The translations under genes and the position numbers were made by a program. A DNA stretch of 62,571 nt, counting the filler, from Gonapodya sp. JEL0774 (lineage: Eukaryota): assembly GCA_027604505.1 (NCBI GenBank). It is 25 parts of 25 records of this genome, joined end to end, with 100 filler letters (N's around TTAATTAATTAA, not from the genome) between each part and the next. Parts side by side here need not be neighbours in the genome. Positions count along the whole stretch, not along the records: positions 50,206 to 52,599 come from JADIIX010001951.1; positions 52,700 to 55,093 come from JADIIX010001952.1; positions 55,194 to 57,586 come from JADIIX010001953.1; positions 57,687 to 60,079 come from JADIIX010001954.1; positions 60,180 to 62,571 come from JADIIX010001955.1; 20 more parts are not named here. The stretch is one strand, 5' to 3'. Shown here one piece after another: positions 50,907-62,571 of the stretch. How positions within the stretch are numbered: the stretch's first letter is position 1; every line of letters starts with the position of its first letter. The notes under the pieces were generated by a model. That model saw only the letters and a program-made list of their open reading frames with translations, did not search any database and was not told the DNA's origin.

Positions 50907-51446
50907 ATGACACGAGACTCAAGCGGATCATCCAAAGAGTCTTTTCGAGTGGTTCCTTTCTCCCCTTCCCACCCCTCCTCCCTCCGATTGCTCGCTGCTC
51001 TGGATTCCTACCTCGACCCTCTCTACACTCCAGGAGCGTGTCAGAGAGCCACCGTCTCGTCACTCGAACAGCCAAATGTCGTTTTTGCCGCGGCGATCTT
51101 TTCGGGTGCCTCTTCTCCTGATAACGCTGGTGCTGAACTCGAAACCGGCGGACATGGTCTCGTTCTCGGGTGCGGTGCTGTCCGTTGCGATCTCGCAACT
51201 CAGCGAGGTGAACTTCAAAGGATTTTTGTTGATGGAACACAGCGGAGAATGGGGGTGGGGAGGGCGTTGGTTTCGTTTCTGGAGCGTGAAGCGCTGTCAC
51301 GTGGGTGCTCAGAACTAGTTCTCGAGACAGGTGCGGCACAGGCGGAGGCGGTGAAGATGTACGAAAGCATGGGATATCTACAATGTGAAGCCATCAAAAA
51401 CGGGGGCAACGGAGAGACCATTTGGATGAGAAAGCCTCTTCATTGA
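50907..51446 (+). CDS. GNAT-family N-acetyltransferase, intronless, bacterial-like
   Basis: LLAALDSYLDPLY; GCGAV; GELQRIFV...QRRMGVGRAL (motif A); LVLETGAAQAEAVKMYESMGY (motif B). Confidence 0.9.
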   Translation: MTRDSSGSSKESFRVVPFSPSHPSSLRLLAALDSYLDPLYTPGACQRATVSSLEQPNVVFAAAIFSGASSPDNAGAELETGGHGLVLGCGAVRCDLATQRGELQRIFVDGTQRRMGVGRALVSFLEREALSRGCSELVLETGAAQAEAVKMYESMGYLQCEAIKNGGNGETIWMRKPLH

Positions 51447-51557
51447 CCGTGGAATATGAGGACCATGGATGATGACTAATTCAAACCCACCAACACACAG
51501 AATAGTACAAGTTGAAATAGCTGACTATCTTATACCACAGGAGAGCAAGCTCCGTGG

Positions 51558-52201
51558 TTATATGTGGGAGTCATGCAGGGGAGCCTTCTTCAAAAAGAAG
51601 CAAAACGGAGCTTCAGGATTGTCACCTTTCATGTCCATAAGACCGAGTACCGTTTGATCGTCAACCTTCCGGAAGATGTCGTTGATGGGTTTAGAATCGT
51701 AAACCTAATCCATATGACGTGAGACCAACAGTCTGCGACTAGGAGAACGATGGCAAATGTGCATGCAACACTCACCATCGTCGCAGTAACAACGCCTCTA
51801 TACTCCAACATCCTCAACCGTGCAGCAGATTGCGGGCCAAGAGACAGCAAGGGACGAGCTGCCCGTAGAAGTGCTGCGTTGGCCGCCATGCGAGAAATGG
51901 ATGAGAGGGGACCAGCTGTCGCTGGCATGATCAAGGGATCCAAATTCCACCGTCCGCCAGCCCCATCGTCCATTTGGAGCGGATGCACAGTTTCGGAATC
52001 GAGAAATTGCTTGCCAAGCCACCCCGCTGGAACCAAAACTCCCTCCATGTTGTGTCCTGTGACGATTTCGCCGCCGTTCCAAGTCCCGATCATATCATCG
52101 ATTGTAACAGCTGGAAGAGTGTCAAAGAATTCCAGGATCTCGGCCGGAGTGCCACCAGACGCCCGAAACTTGTCAAAGGTTGCGCCAGCAGAGATGGTCA
52201 T
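51558..52201 (-). CDS. GXWXG / DUF4334 family protein, one intron
   Basis: FFDTLPAVTIDDMIGTWNGG...GH.MEG.L...GWLGKQF...VHPL; ARLRMLEYRGVVTATM|VYDSKPINDIFRKVDDQTVLGLMDMKG. Confidence 0.9.
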
Positions 52202-52699
52202 TGTGGGTCTGTCTCGCAAGTATCACCTGAAGTCTGCAGTGATGATCAATGGCCGTAATGCTTTAGGACTGTGTTGACTTCGGGCGACATGGCTCCTAAC
52301 GCCCGGTGATGCAATTTTGTGATCTTTTTCGTTTGTTGCAGACGACGCCACCAATAATTGCAATGAAACGGATCATCCGTAGTGAATGTACCAATCAACG
52401 AGTTGAGTTAAAATTGAATCTATAGTAATGGTAAACTGACCACGAATATGCTGCGGATGACCGGTATCTATTTGGCCGTTTGCGAAGTTCTTTGAGGGTG
52501 GTCATGCGTGCGGAGTACGTTCGAAAAACCATTATCGACTTCCCGCCACTGGATCAAAGTTTAAGTATTCTCGGCGCTCAGAGTACATGATACAAAATAN
52601 NNNNNNNNNNNNNNNNNNNNNNNNNNNNNNNNNNNNNNNNNNNTTAATTAATTAANNNNNNNNNNNNNNNNNNNNNNNNNNNNNNNNNNNNNNNNNNNN

Positions 52700-54037
52700 A
52701 CTCCGACTACCACCGCCTGCCCAACATACCCCTGTTCTCTCTCATACGCCTCTCGCAACTCCTCATAGCTATGTTTATACCTGTTCACCAGATGCTCCTT
52801 CACCCCCACCCGCTCGAACTTTTTCGTGCCTCCTGTATCCTGCACACATTCCCCGATCGGTTCCACCACGTAATCGAGGTTCCCTTCGTTGAAGAAGGCG
52901 ATAGAGTACCGGTCGGTGCCGGAGCTGTTGATCACGCGGTGGTGGGTGGAACGGTACAGGCCGTTGGTCCAGAGTTGGAGAAAGTCAGCTTTTGGGGTAC
53001 GGAGCGGGGTGGAAAGACTGTCGGAAACTCAAGGGCATCAAAACTTGTGTGATCAAGACACTCACCTATGTTACACACAATTGCAATGTCATCAAACTGT
53101 GGAACCACGTCGTGCCATGCTGATTCGTCGTTGATGTTACCTGACGGGCACACTTGAAGGCCACCAGTCGCGTCTTGGAGGAGGAGCGTCATGGCACCAA
53201 AATCTGTAGTCACAAGGGAGTGGCAGAAGAGTGTCAGGTGTCAGATACATCATGAGCTACACTTCTCCACTCTTAAAAGTAACCAAGATCACGGTGTTCC
53301 TGATGGATTCCGCCCCCCTCCCCCCCCCAACCCCCCAACCCCCGGTGTCACGTACCCGTATGTGCTCCGACACCCCTCTGATTTTTTGGTGCGTCCACGG
53401 CCATGGGCGGATAATGTATGAACCTGGCGAGCGCTACTTGTCCTTCCAAGAACGCGTCAAAGTGGTCAGGGGGTAGACGTAGCGAGAGTGCGACCAGGGA
53501 AAACATTTTGGACGAGAGGGAGAATAGTTGGGTGTAGTAGGAGAGCATCGTGGACTTGAAGTCGGACGGGATGGATGCTGTATTTGCATTGGTTCCACGT
53601 TATCGAAACGCTGTGAGAATTAGTTGTATTCCTTTGAACCCACGGTCATCCGGCCACTGGTTGTCTCCAAACTTCTTTCCCGTAAACGCTCTCCCGTCCT
53701 CCCCGACATAAAAGCTTTCTTTCAACTCGGGCAATGTTCCCGCCTCGATGAGCTGACTTCCCATGATCTCATACCCTCCAGCGTCGTCCGATCGTTTGAT
53801 CGCCTCCTTGGCTTCCACGGGCAACGCGAACAGGATTTTCATGTACGAGAAGACTTTCGCCACGAATTCCTTGTCCAGGGTGTGGTTCACGATCTGGAAA
53901 AACCCCGTTGTGGTACACGCGTGGCGGATCTCATTGGCTGTGGTGATGAGCGCTTCGGGGGACGGATGGGACTCCCGGAGGACGGAAACGTCGATCGTGG
54001 GGACCACAAATGTGGGCGGCTGTGTGGAGACGGGCAT
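52700..54037 (-). CDS. 2-oxoglutarate/Fe(II)-dependent dioxygenase (IPNS/DIOX_N family)
   Basis: VPTIDVS, ACTTTGFFQIVNH, LKESFYVG, RFIHYPP, AHT|DFGAMTLLLQD (HxD), THRV...RYSIAFF (distal His, RxS). Confidence 0.94.
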
Positions 54038-55534
54038 CGAGCGGGGTTGGTAAAGTGGGAGTGGTTTCGGTCTTATCAGCGAAAGTGATCGAGGAGCTCC
54101 AGTCATGGAGGAGCGTGCAGCCGACGAAGCCGATCACACAAATGAATACATATAATAGAACGTTTCGAAATTTATTTCCGAAACGAGTCAATTTGTCAAT
54201 TTGTCAATTTGTCAAACATTGTTCAGATCTGTGGAAAAGGAGGACAGTCACGCGATATCTGACACAAACTTGCTTCCCCGGGGCGAAGCTCAGGGCAGAA
54301 TCGAACATTGGAAAGAAATTGGATGTTTCATCCTACGGAATGCTCTGTGAGCTCTGCTGGTTTCTCGCCTATTGTGGACAGTTTCCGTACAAACTAATGG
54401 CACCGTGGACACGGTGCTCCATAGGTGAGATGGCTAACCCGAGATGGCTAACCCCAGTGATCGATGGATGTATCCGTAACAACCGTCTAGTACCGACGAG
54501 TGCCTCAGGCCGCCTCTGGAAGCTCGCGTCTCGCTCGGGGCCGTCCCCGGAGAACGAGTATATCACTAGAGGCAGAAAGTCGGGTCCCCGTAATGGGGAT
54601 AGCCTCATGCGCTTCCGGAGAGGCCCGTGTGGCTTTTGACATCTCCTAGGCAGACGCAAAACTTCCGGGGGAAGCATATCAAACTGAAACCAATGAAAAC
54701 GCGCTCTCCGGCTTTGGCGACGCGTCCACGGCATCTCAAACAAGTCACAAAGGGAGGAGAGTTTCCTGGCTCAACGAAGACGTGTGGAAGCGGCCGTTGG
54801 TTCCGACTGGCGTTGAGACTTCCCGCGGGCGTCTCACAACCGGCATTCCAAAGGAAGATGACGGCCAGTGACTCACGTCCTCGGCCAGGAACTACCGTTA
54901 TAAATGCCGCTGCGTCTTTACAATAGCAGTTCTATTCCGGCACTTGACTGCGGACGGGTAATCATTTCATGAGTTAGCGCGGGTGTACTTCATCATGATT
55001 AAACTTTGTGAATTACGGCGTCCTGCGCCAGCAGTTTTGCACAAATGAAACAGAAGTCGCCTACTACTTTGAGAATATAACGCGGTCCATATTNNNNNNN
55101 NNNNNNNNNNNNNNNNNNNNNNNNNNNNNNNNNNNNNTTAATTAATTAANNNNNNNNNNNNNNNNNNNNNNNNNNNNNNNNNNNNNNNNNNNNAAGGAAT
55201 GCACTGACACTTTGACCGCGTTTCCCGAAGACATTTTACAGTGCTCTGCTTCTCGTGAAGTCGAAAATCAAATACTTCACCAGACTTCTGGCACACTCAT
55301 AAGGCTTCCGAGGGATCCTGGAATGAATCACACTTTGAATATCCCACACTACTATCCAGGTCAAGTTTCGTGGTCGACACGTCCCACGGCACTAGCGCGT
55401 GATTTGAAAAGTGAGCACGAGCAAATTGATCGTAAATGTCACTCATGTGATGTGCAGTTATCGTATTCGAAACACATATCAATGCTCCGGCTGACCTGAG
55501 ACAGAGAAATACATAGCATATACAAGCCTCTAAT

Positions 55535-57586
55535 TTAAGGAAGAATCACTATTTGTGATGGTTTGAATCCAAGTCCTTCCAGGTATTGGGCACATTTGGA
55601 GAGTGACCTGCATGGGAAAGGGTTCATTCGTCGTGAAGGAGCCGCTTTCTTTAACAAGGAACATACCCGCACAACAAAACACGTGGCTCTTGCGGGGAAG
55701 ACGTTGCTTCAGCCTCTGGCATACACTTCGCCAGAAGATCAGCGGTAATGTCATTTGCTACGAGTCCTGTGTAATCATCCGACACCTTCTCCCCCACGAC
55801 GACTGTGGTTGTGAAACATTCTGTGACGGCGTTAAGGTGCTGTTTAAGCTCGTCGATTTCGTTTTGAAGTACCATGTCGTGATTTGTCGGGTAAATTTGG
55901 AGAAGGTGGAGTCGGAATTTGGGGTTGCCAAACGCGTCCCTCTCAGCATAGCGAGCATGCCAACCAATGATTTTTATCAAAGGAACAACTCCAGTTCCTC
56001 TCCCAACAAAGCCAAGGCTGGGGAAAGTAGTCCAGTTAGGAAGATTCTATATTCTGGAGTCTTTGAATATATAACTCAAGCACTCACCAAGGCCAGCAGC
56101 CATATTTGACATCAATTGCGTTTAAAATGCGCGGAGTGGGATTGAGGGCATCCTTGGTAGCTGCTCGGATACGAAGAACATCTCCTGGTCTCATCTTCAT
56201 TAAATGGGTGGTCATTGTGCCACCTTCATAGTGTTTGAAGATGATATCTATCTTCCCCTTACAGTACGAAGATGTGGGTGTATATGCTCGTGTGATCATG
56301 GCTTGTTGGTGTGCATCCGGTGCTTCCCAAACCGATGTGTTGGCCAATTGCTGAACCGACCGAGAACCGTTGCCCCTTGCTTCGTTAGGGATTTGAAGGA
56401 AAACGTGCTCCCCTGGTCGAAAGTAGTACACAGCTTTTGCCGACGCGAACGAGAATGACACCCGATAAAGCTTGGATGTTGCCTGGGGTCCGGATAGAGC
56501 GACGAGCTCGGCAAGTGGGAGCATTCGATAGTCTCTGTGTGAGAGACCGAGATCAACCGGCTCGTTGGACTTAGTGGTCTCAACAAATGCAATGCTAACT
56601 CTCCTCCCCGGAACACTACTCGCTGGTGACTCGGCAGTGAGTAAGTTCGTGCCACGTACTGTACCAACGACAGATTTTGCAGATCGACCCAAAGTCCCAC
56701 CCAATTTTGGCAGCTGAGCAGTAGTTTCATTCGGTATGAAGTCAGTGTTCTCGCCTTTCTTCTTCACCATCCGGCCAACAGCCATGTTGGACACTAAAGC
56801 AAGAGCGACCCTGGAATGATTGTACGGTCGATCTTGGTGGATCTTCTCCGACATTCTCAGAGCATCTTCCCCGTAAAAGAACTTGCTGATGTCCATTCCA
56901 AGGCATCCCTTTAAAAGACTTGTACCCCCCGGATGTTGATGCATGAACTGACCGAGATCGCATACGATACCATCAAGAACGACCCATTTCGCACCATCAG
57001 CGACCCGTTCGTGCAGGTCTGTCCAGGTCAATGGTACCAGCTTGGATCTGATTATATACAGAAATTGAATTGGAAAGTATTCCGGCCACATGTTCAGAAC
57101 CACCACAATCACTGAGATCAGAGGGAACGCAAATTAATCACGTACTTGTCCACAACAGCTAATATTCCACGGTTCTGACGTTCTTTGATGTGATCGCGAG
57201 GAGGAACAGTGATGCCGGAGGCTCGCCGAATCACCGCATACGCAAACGTCGTCGTCTTTTTCCTCATACCAACAAGGGCGAGGATTGTCGGCCACCCTGC
57301 GGCGGCGGCGACGTAAGCGACTTGGAAGACCGCTAGCTGGGGATGGTCTGTCAAATCTTTACATGCGAGGTTTCTTGATAGGTGAGACCGCTCGGTTCAA
57401 CAGACTCGGCGCGTGAATGATCTCACAATCGGAAACTCCGAAGTATCCATTGACGAGACCGAGAGCGTATGTACCAAATCCCAAAACTCTGTGGAGTATC
57501 CGGCTCCAAGCCATGACCCGAAATGCGTATGGGGCGATGCTCTTTGGCAGCATTGCCACCAGAGCCCCGGAGCTCGAGTAGAATAT
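55535..57586 (-). CDS. Fusion of cytochrome b561 C-terminal helices + cytochrome b5 + FAD-binding/NAD(P)-binding reductase, 5' truncated
   Basis: One frame across 4 GT-AG introns: ILHRVLG (b561 His), TM then RKK; b5 WVVLDGIVCDL...HPGG...G.DIS...HS; FRPGEHV, RAYTP, KHYEGGTMTTHL; LGFVGRGTGVVP; VLLCG. Confidence 0.88.
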
Positions 57587-57686
57587 NNNNNNNNNNNNNN
57601 NNNNNNNNNNNNNNNNNNNNNNNNNNNNNNTTAATTAATTAANNNNNNNNNNNNNNNNNNNNNNNNNNNNNNNNNNNNNNNNNNNN

Positions 57687-58636
57687 TAGGAGCTCATATT
57701 CGTCTCGTACACTCACATGCTGACGAGTTCCAACAGCTTCGCATCACCTCCGAACCACTTGCATACGCCCCAGATAGCCGTGGGTAGCAAAAATGTGTAC
57801 ATGTAGCAGATCGAAATCGCAAATGAGATCAAAGAAAAGTCGTAGTCGAAGGTCTTGCCAGAGAGGTATGCCGCAATAGAGCCAGCGACTGATGTCGTGA
57901 CGAAGAGTGAAAGGATGACTGTTGTAGGGACCCAGAACGGGCCTGGCACGGTCGGCAGGCAGACAGTATGAGTCCTGGGGAGTAACGCCTTGTAACCAAG
58001 AAGTCGGGATTCTTACCATAAAGCTCAAGGTTGGAGCTTACGAGTTGAAGAAACATGTCGCTGGGAACGAAGGACGCCGTAATCCGCTTTGCAACCTGAT
58101 CCAGCAAATATCTTCGTCACTTGCAGCGTCGTCCGAACTCTCCACGCCGTAAACTTACTTGGTCACTGTCCACGTCGAAAAATTGCTTGTAGTACTCCAA
58201 ACTCCATATTCCTGCGTTGATGTGCTGTCCTCCAGCAACATTCGAGATGCCGGCTGGACCAGCGGGGTACGAAAAGTCCGCAGGAGGAGGGGGAGCCTGC
58301 TTTTGAGGCATTCGCTGTGACTGTGAGCCGAGCGTGCCCTGGTTCAACGACGCATCTGGCTGTAGAAAACCTTGGTGAAAGATGGAGGACAATCAGATCA
58401 ATATTTCGGTTGAACAGTCACTTTTCGGACCAAGCCGCAACAGCAGCTCACTTTGAAACTGCAGCTGAGCTTCGGCTTCCGAGTATTGCTGGAATGAATT
58501 TGAGACGGGTGGTCCGTAAGCGATAATACGAACGAGTTCAGAAGTTCCTCGCATGGACGTTTGTTCGAGGGACCAAACTCGTAAAACTTACAGGGGGCAC
58601 GTCAAGAATCGGCTGATATCCACCTCGTCCCGACAT
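57687..58636 (-). CDS. Yip1-domain Golgi membrane protein (YIPF1/2-like), 3' truncated
   Basis: WSLEYYKQFFDVDSDQV...LY|GPFWVPTTVILSLF...YDFSLISFA. Confidence 0.9.
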
Positions 58637-58857
58637 TGATGCGATAGCGCAGAGGGGGTCTCGGGGCTCAAGAGCTGAGAATGCAGGATTCGACACAAAC
58701 CCAGCACTCCATTCCAACCCAACACAACACCGCCCAAGTGTTCTCGAAGTACAGGTCAAAAGATCCAAGATAAAAAAGTACATGGAAAGAACAACAGTCT
58801 ATGGAGCTAGTCTAATGAATGTCCGAAGTCCAACATCTCGCATGTCCTTACACCAAC

Positions 58858-60079
58858 TCACACTGTCCGAGATTCGCTGGCAGCAGTTTGGGCACTCCTT
58901 TTGTCCCGAACTTTCTGTTGCAGCCACTGCCTCCAAGCCCCACCCACGCCGTCGTCACCACCGACCAGCCACAACAAAATAGCTGTACCGACGGCAGCGA
59001 TCCCCAAACTGTAACTGCCCACCCATCCCCACCGCACAAAAGTCTGTGCACCAAAGGCGCTGCCTGCTGCAGATCCAGCGTATCCGATCAGCATATACAA
59101 GGAGTTGATCCGAGATCTCGCCTTTGGATCGAGCGCAAAAATGCGTTTTTGGTTTGGGACCTGCTGCATTTGAAGTGAAGCTTCGATGATGAACCCCGCG
59201 ACACAGATTCCAGCGATGGAGACTGATCCTCCAGTGGCGGCAATAATCCACGCTATTGCAATGAAGCTCTCTCCTAACAAAATCGTTGGAAAGGGTCCGA
59301 TACGATCTGTGAGGAACCCAATAACTGGGGCGAATGGAATCGCTGCTGCTCCTGAAAGTCCGACCTAGCAGAGGGAGCAAAATTATGATCGTTGAGGTTA
59401 TAGTGGAGTGTGTACAGGATGCAGGTTGCTCACGTCAATATCAGCTCAGAAGAGGATGTATTTCATTGCTGTACTCACCAACCCTACCACACTGCTCGTA
59501 TAATTGAAAGGAGGACCAGAAAGATGGTATGTGACATTGGTCCAGAATACGAAAAACGAGAAGAAGCATAAGAATGCCATGAAAGACGATTGTCGGATCA
59601 CTGGCCCTCGGCAATCGAAGAGGTAAGAACGACTTCTCTGTCCAACTCGTCACTCAAAACCAGCAAAAAATCACAACACACCTGGATAACGGAAGAAAAG
59701 GACCACGCAACTCCACAACAAGGCCCCGTACGTGATACCCTCATCCTTCCCAATTTTGACGTCAAGCCTGGGCATCCAGAACCAAAGGGCAGCGGCGACG
59801 ATACACTGAAGACTTGCAGCAATCCAGTAAACTGCTTGCCACCGTATGGCGTCGGCGACTGCGCCACTGTAAACTCGCGAAAGCAGCATTCCGCACATCA
59901 TCCCTGCAACCTTGTAAAGTATACCAGACGGGTTGTAAGCGATGACCAAAGTGAGAAATGGACCGACAACTTACGATCATACCCATGTTTCTTCCAAATT
60001 TTTCCGGCGGTGAGAGGTCTGCTACTGAGGGAACTAGGATTTGCACTGAGACTGTAAGCGCTCCAATAACAAAAGAAAT
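58858..60079 (-). CDS. MFS transporter (12-TM, bacterial-like family), 5' truncated
   Basis: QILVPSVADLSP...GRNMG, GMLLSRVYSGAVADAIRWQAVY, FWTNVTYHLSGPPF, QVPNQKRIFALDPKARSRINSLYM. Confidence 0.88.
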
Positions 60080-60515
60080 NNNNNNNNNNNNNNNNNNNNN
60101 NNNNNNNNNNNNNNNNNNNNNNNTTAATTAATTAANNNNNNNNNNNNNNNNNNNNNNNNNNNNNNNNNNNNNNNNNNNNAGTGCTGCCGAAGGCAAGCCC
60201 CATTTTTACGGAACCCGCTCATGTACATATGAAATATAGCACACAGAATGGCTCCTACGTTATTTAATATGTGCGTTGTCGCAGTTTCTTCTCGTTGCCA
60301 TTCGAAAGTGACGAATTATTCATAGGTACTAATCCTTGCACAGATGTGAGAAATCGGCAGCATTAAACAATCAAATTGCACATTTAAATACATCCAGATG
60401 CAAAAAATGGAAAGGGTATCGCTCTGTTGACCTCGACAGTGCAACTGTACGCCGGTGGGACATTGATCAGACAATTCAAACCACCAGCCCCGTCGAACTA
60501 CCAGCACCCCTCTGC

Positions 60516-62571
60516 TCACGCCACCTCCTCCTGCGCTTCCCGCAAGAACTGCGATAATGCAGCAAGACGAGTGTCGATCTCGATCGAGTCTAATACGGTC
60601 CACGAGCACATGGGAAACAGAAGTCGTCGAACATCAAACACTGACCTAATTCGATCAATTAGCAAAGACAGGGGATTTACCTTGCTCCACCAAACTCTCA
60701 AAGCTGGACCCTGTCCGTCGTTTCGCTCTTGGGCCATGATCGCGCACCGGAATGTCTTCGGGATCAGTGCTAGCACTACCGCTTTTGGACCACGAATTTG
60801 AGGCGAGAGGGCGAGAGTTGAGGTCTGATGACGAAACGATGGGCGGAGGGAAGATTTGCGGCACGATTAAGCGCAGAATGAGGGGCTCACTTTGGTGTCG
60901 AGGTGCCCGAGTAGAAACCCCGAGTGAATTGACGGAGGTAGATCGAGAGGAGGAAGGGAGTGGATCGCGGGAGTTCACAAAGTCACCTAGAGACAAACGT
61001 GTAGTAGAGAATGGTGAGCAAGCTCATTTTGCGCATTCCACCATTTTAGATACCAACCTCGTGTCCCGTCAGATCCTGTTGACCCTGTTCAAGACTCCAC
61101 ACAATGACCACACTTGCCCAAAACATCTCTATCCAGCACACCACTCACCACTCCTATTCGGTGGCCGCCACCCCCCTACCGCACCCCTCTCCTTCGACGT
61201 CTCCCTGCTGATCACCCCCCTCGCCCCTCCGTCACTCCACACCTTGTTTCCTAATCCTACACCCACCCCTCCACTCCATCTCCCAGGCGACGTGGGGACC
61301 GACCCACTTCTCTTCGCCCAGCCTGACGATCCGCCCGGACTCCACCCGCGGCTGTGTTGTCGCGCCTGACGGAGCCGCTCGTCTCGGGCGCGGACGAAGG
61401 CGGTGGGGTCGAAGCGAGGGAAGGGGGATGGTGACCGAGAGGTGGTGGAGCGGGGCGGGCGGTAAGGTGAGGGACGGGGGGAGGGGCGAGGGGATCGTGA
61501 AGTGGGGGCTGAGACAGCCGGTCTGGAGAATGGAAGAGCGTCGTCGGTCAAAGTTTTGTAATTCTAATACACAGTCGTAGATGTGAATCAGCTCACCTAG
61601 CTGTCCTCCCCGCCGACCTTCCTCGGGGTACATCTCTTCCCAGCGCTGTTTGTGATCCTGTGGTTCCGTGTCCCCGGGCGATTCTGGCAACTCCCGATCC
61701 CCACCGCCTGGCGGATTGTCCCGTTATCTTCTGATGCAAATCTTCCACTATCCGTGACTTGTCAGCAAGTGTGGGCGACGAGTGGGACTTGAGGCGATGG
61801 GAGGTGAGTTTGGGCTGGTAAGAGGGCATCAGGGGGGTGGAGGTGGGTAGTTGTACGAGTGGGATGTAGAGAGTACAGAAGACGCACGAGTAACGCCCGC
61901 ATGACGTCTTCGAGGCGAGAGAGGTGTGCAGAGAGGTTATGGCCGTCCTGGGTATGATTCGTCACAAATCACTAATCTCACAAACTACAATCGCGACACA
62001 ATCCGCCCCACGCCTAGACACCGTACTCACATCTGCCGCAATATCCCTCTGCAACACATCGATTTCGCTTCCGAAAGCCCTCTGTTGGTTTGGGGCGGTC
62101 GAGGGCACAGGTACCTGGGCGGAAAGCTGTTGTTGCCGGAGGGCGTTGAGTTGACGGCGGAGAAGGTCGTTTTCGCGGCGAAGCTAGGTGTGGGAGGGTG
62201 TGGGTCAGTTAGGTGCTTGAGTTTCATGTTGAGACGATCGCTTGAGCAGTCTCTGTTCCTGAATCTTCAAACACAATCACAGTTCTTCCAACTCACACTC
62301 GCCACTTCATCGTCTCGCTCCGCAACTTGTGTTCTGAGGGTGTTGATTTCACCCCTTAATGCCCTCACGACACGGCGAGCGGAGACTGTGGGCAGGTCAT
62401 CTTGGGGGACAAGTGGGAGGGGGTAGAAGACTCTGAGTAAAGGGTGAGCGGGTACGACGGGAAGTGTTTGGCAACATGCGCGAGATTTGATTCAGAAATT
62501 TGGTGAGATCGCGTGTTTAGATGGAGCTTAATGGAGCTCAGGTCATGGAAGGGCCGATCAAAGCCCACCGC
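60516..62571 (-). CDS. CCDC61: Centriolar protein CCDC61 / VFL3, 5' truncated
   Basis: RVFYPLPL, coiled coil, RFDPTAFVRARDER and terminal EIDTRLAALSQFL* are the conserved CCDC61 motifs. Confidence 0.88.

Noticed and set aside
54427..54454. 14-bp tandem duplication GAGATGGCTAACCC containing a telomere-like CTAACCC
   Set aside because: Only two copies, not a true telomeric array; most simply a local slippage duplication.

Overview
This window is not one locus. It is 25 unlinked contigs of about 2.4 kb each, sorted by decreasing length (2434 down to 2392 bp) and joined by 100-bp artificial spacers (N44-TTAATTAATTAA-N44). The DNA is from an intron-rich eukaryote with fungal-type genes plus flagellar/centriolar genes (CYB5D1, CCDC39, CCDC61) and nicastrin. 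This points to a zoosporic early-diverging fungus (chytrid or monoblepharid-like; inference). Most genes are truncated by contig ends. Recognisable genes include RPN1, ARG1, EXO70, ADE16/17, a UDP-glucose 4-epimerase, four MFS transporters, C2H2, GATA and homeobox factors, an SMYD-type SET protein, F-box proteins, a 2OG-Fe(II) oxygenase, a YIP1-family protein and tRNA-Arg(ACG). The best lead is a cytochrome b561-cytochrome b5-FAD/NAD(P)H reductase fusion (55535-57586). Its missing N-terminus matches a signal peptide-DOMON-b561 fragment on another contig (21198-22586), suggesting a single-polypeptide trans-membrane electron wire. Other leads are an APE-type LINE fused at its 5' junction to TTAGGG telomeric repeats with an ATGA ORF1/ORF2 overlap, an intron-containing bacterial-type HisD paralogue, a tandem double-homeodomain protein, and a foldback element with long inverted ends. 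Exon boundaries were inferred by eye from GT-AG sites and frame continuity.
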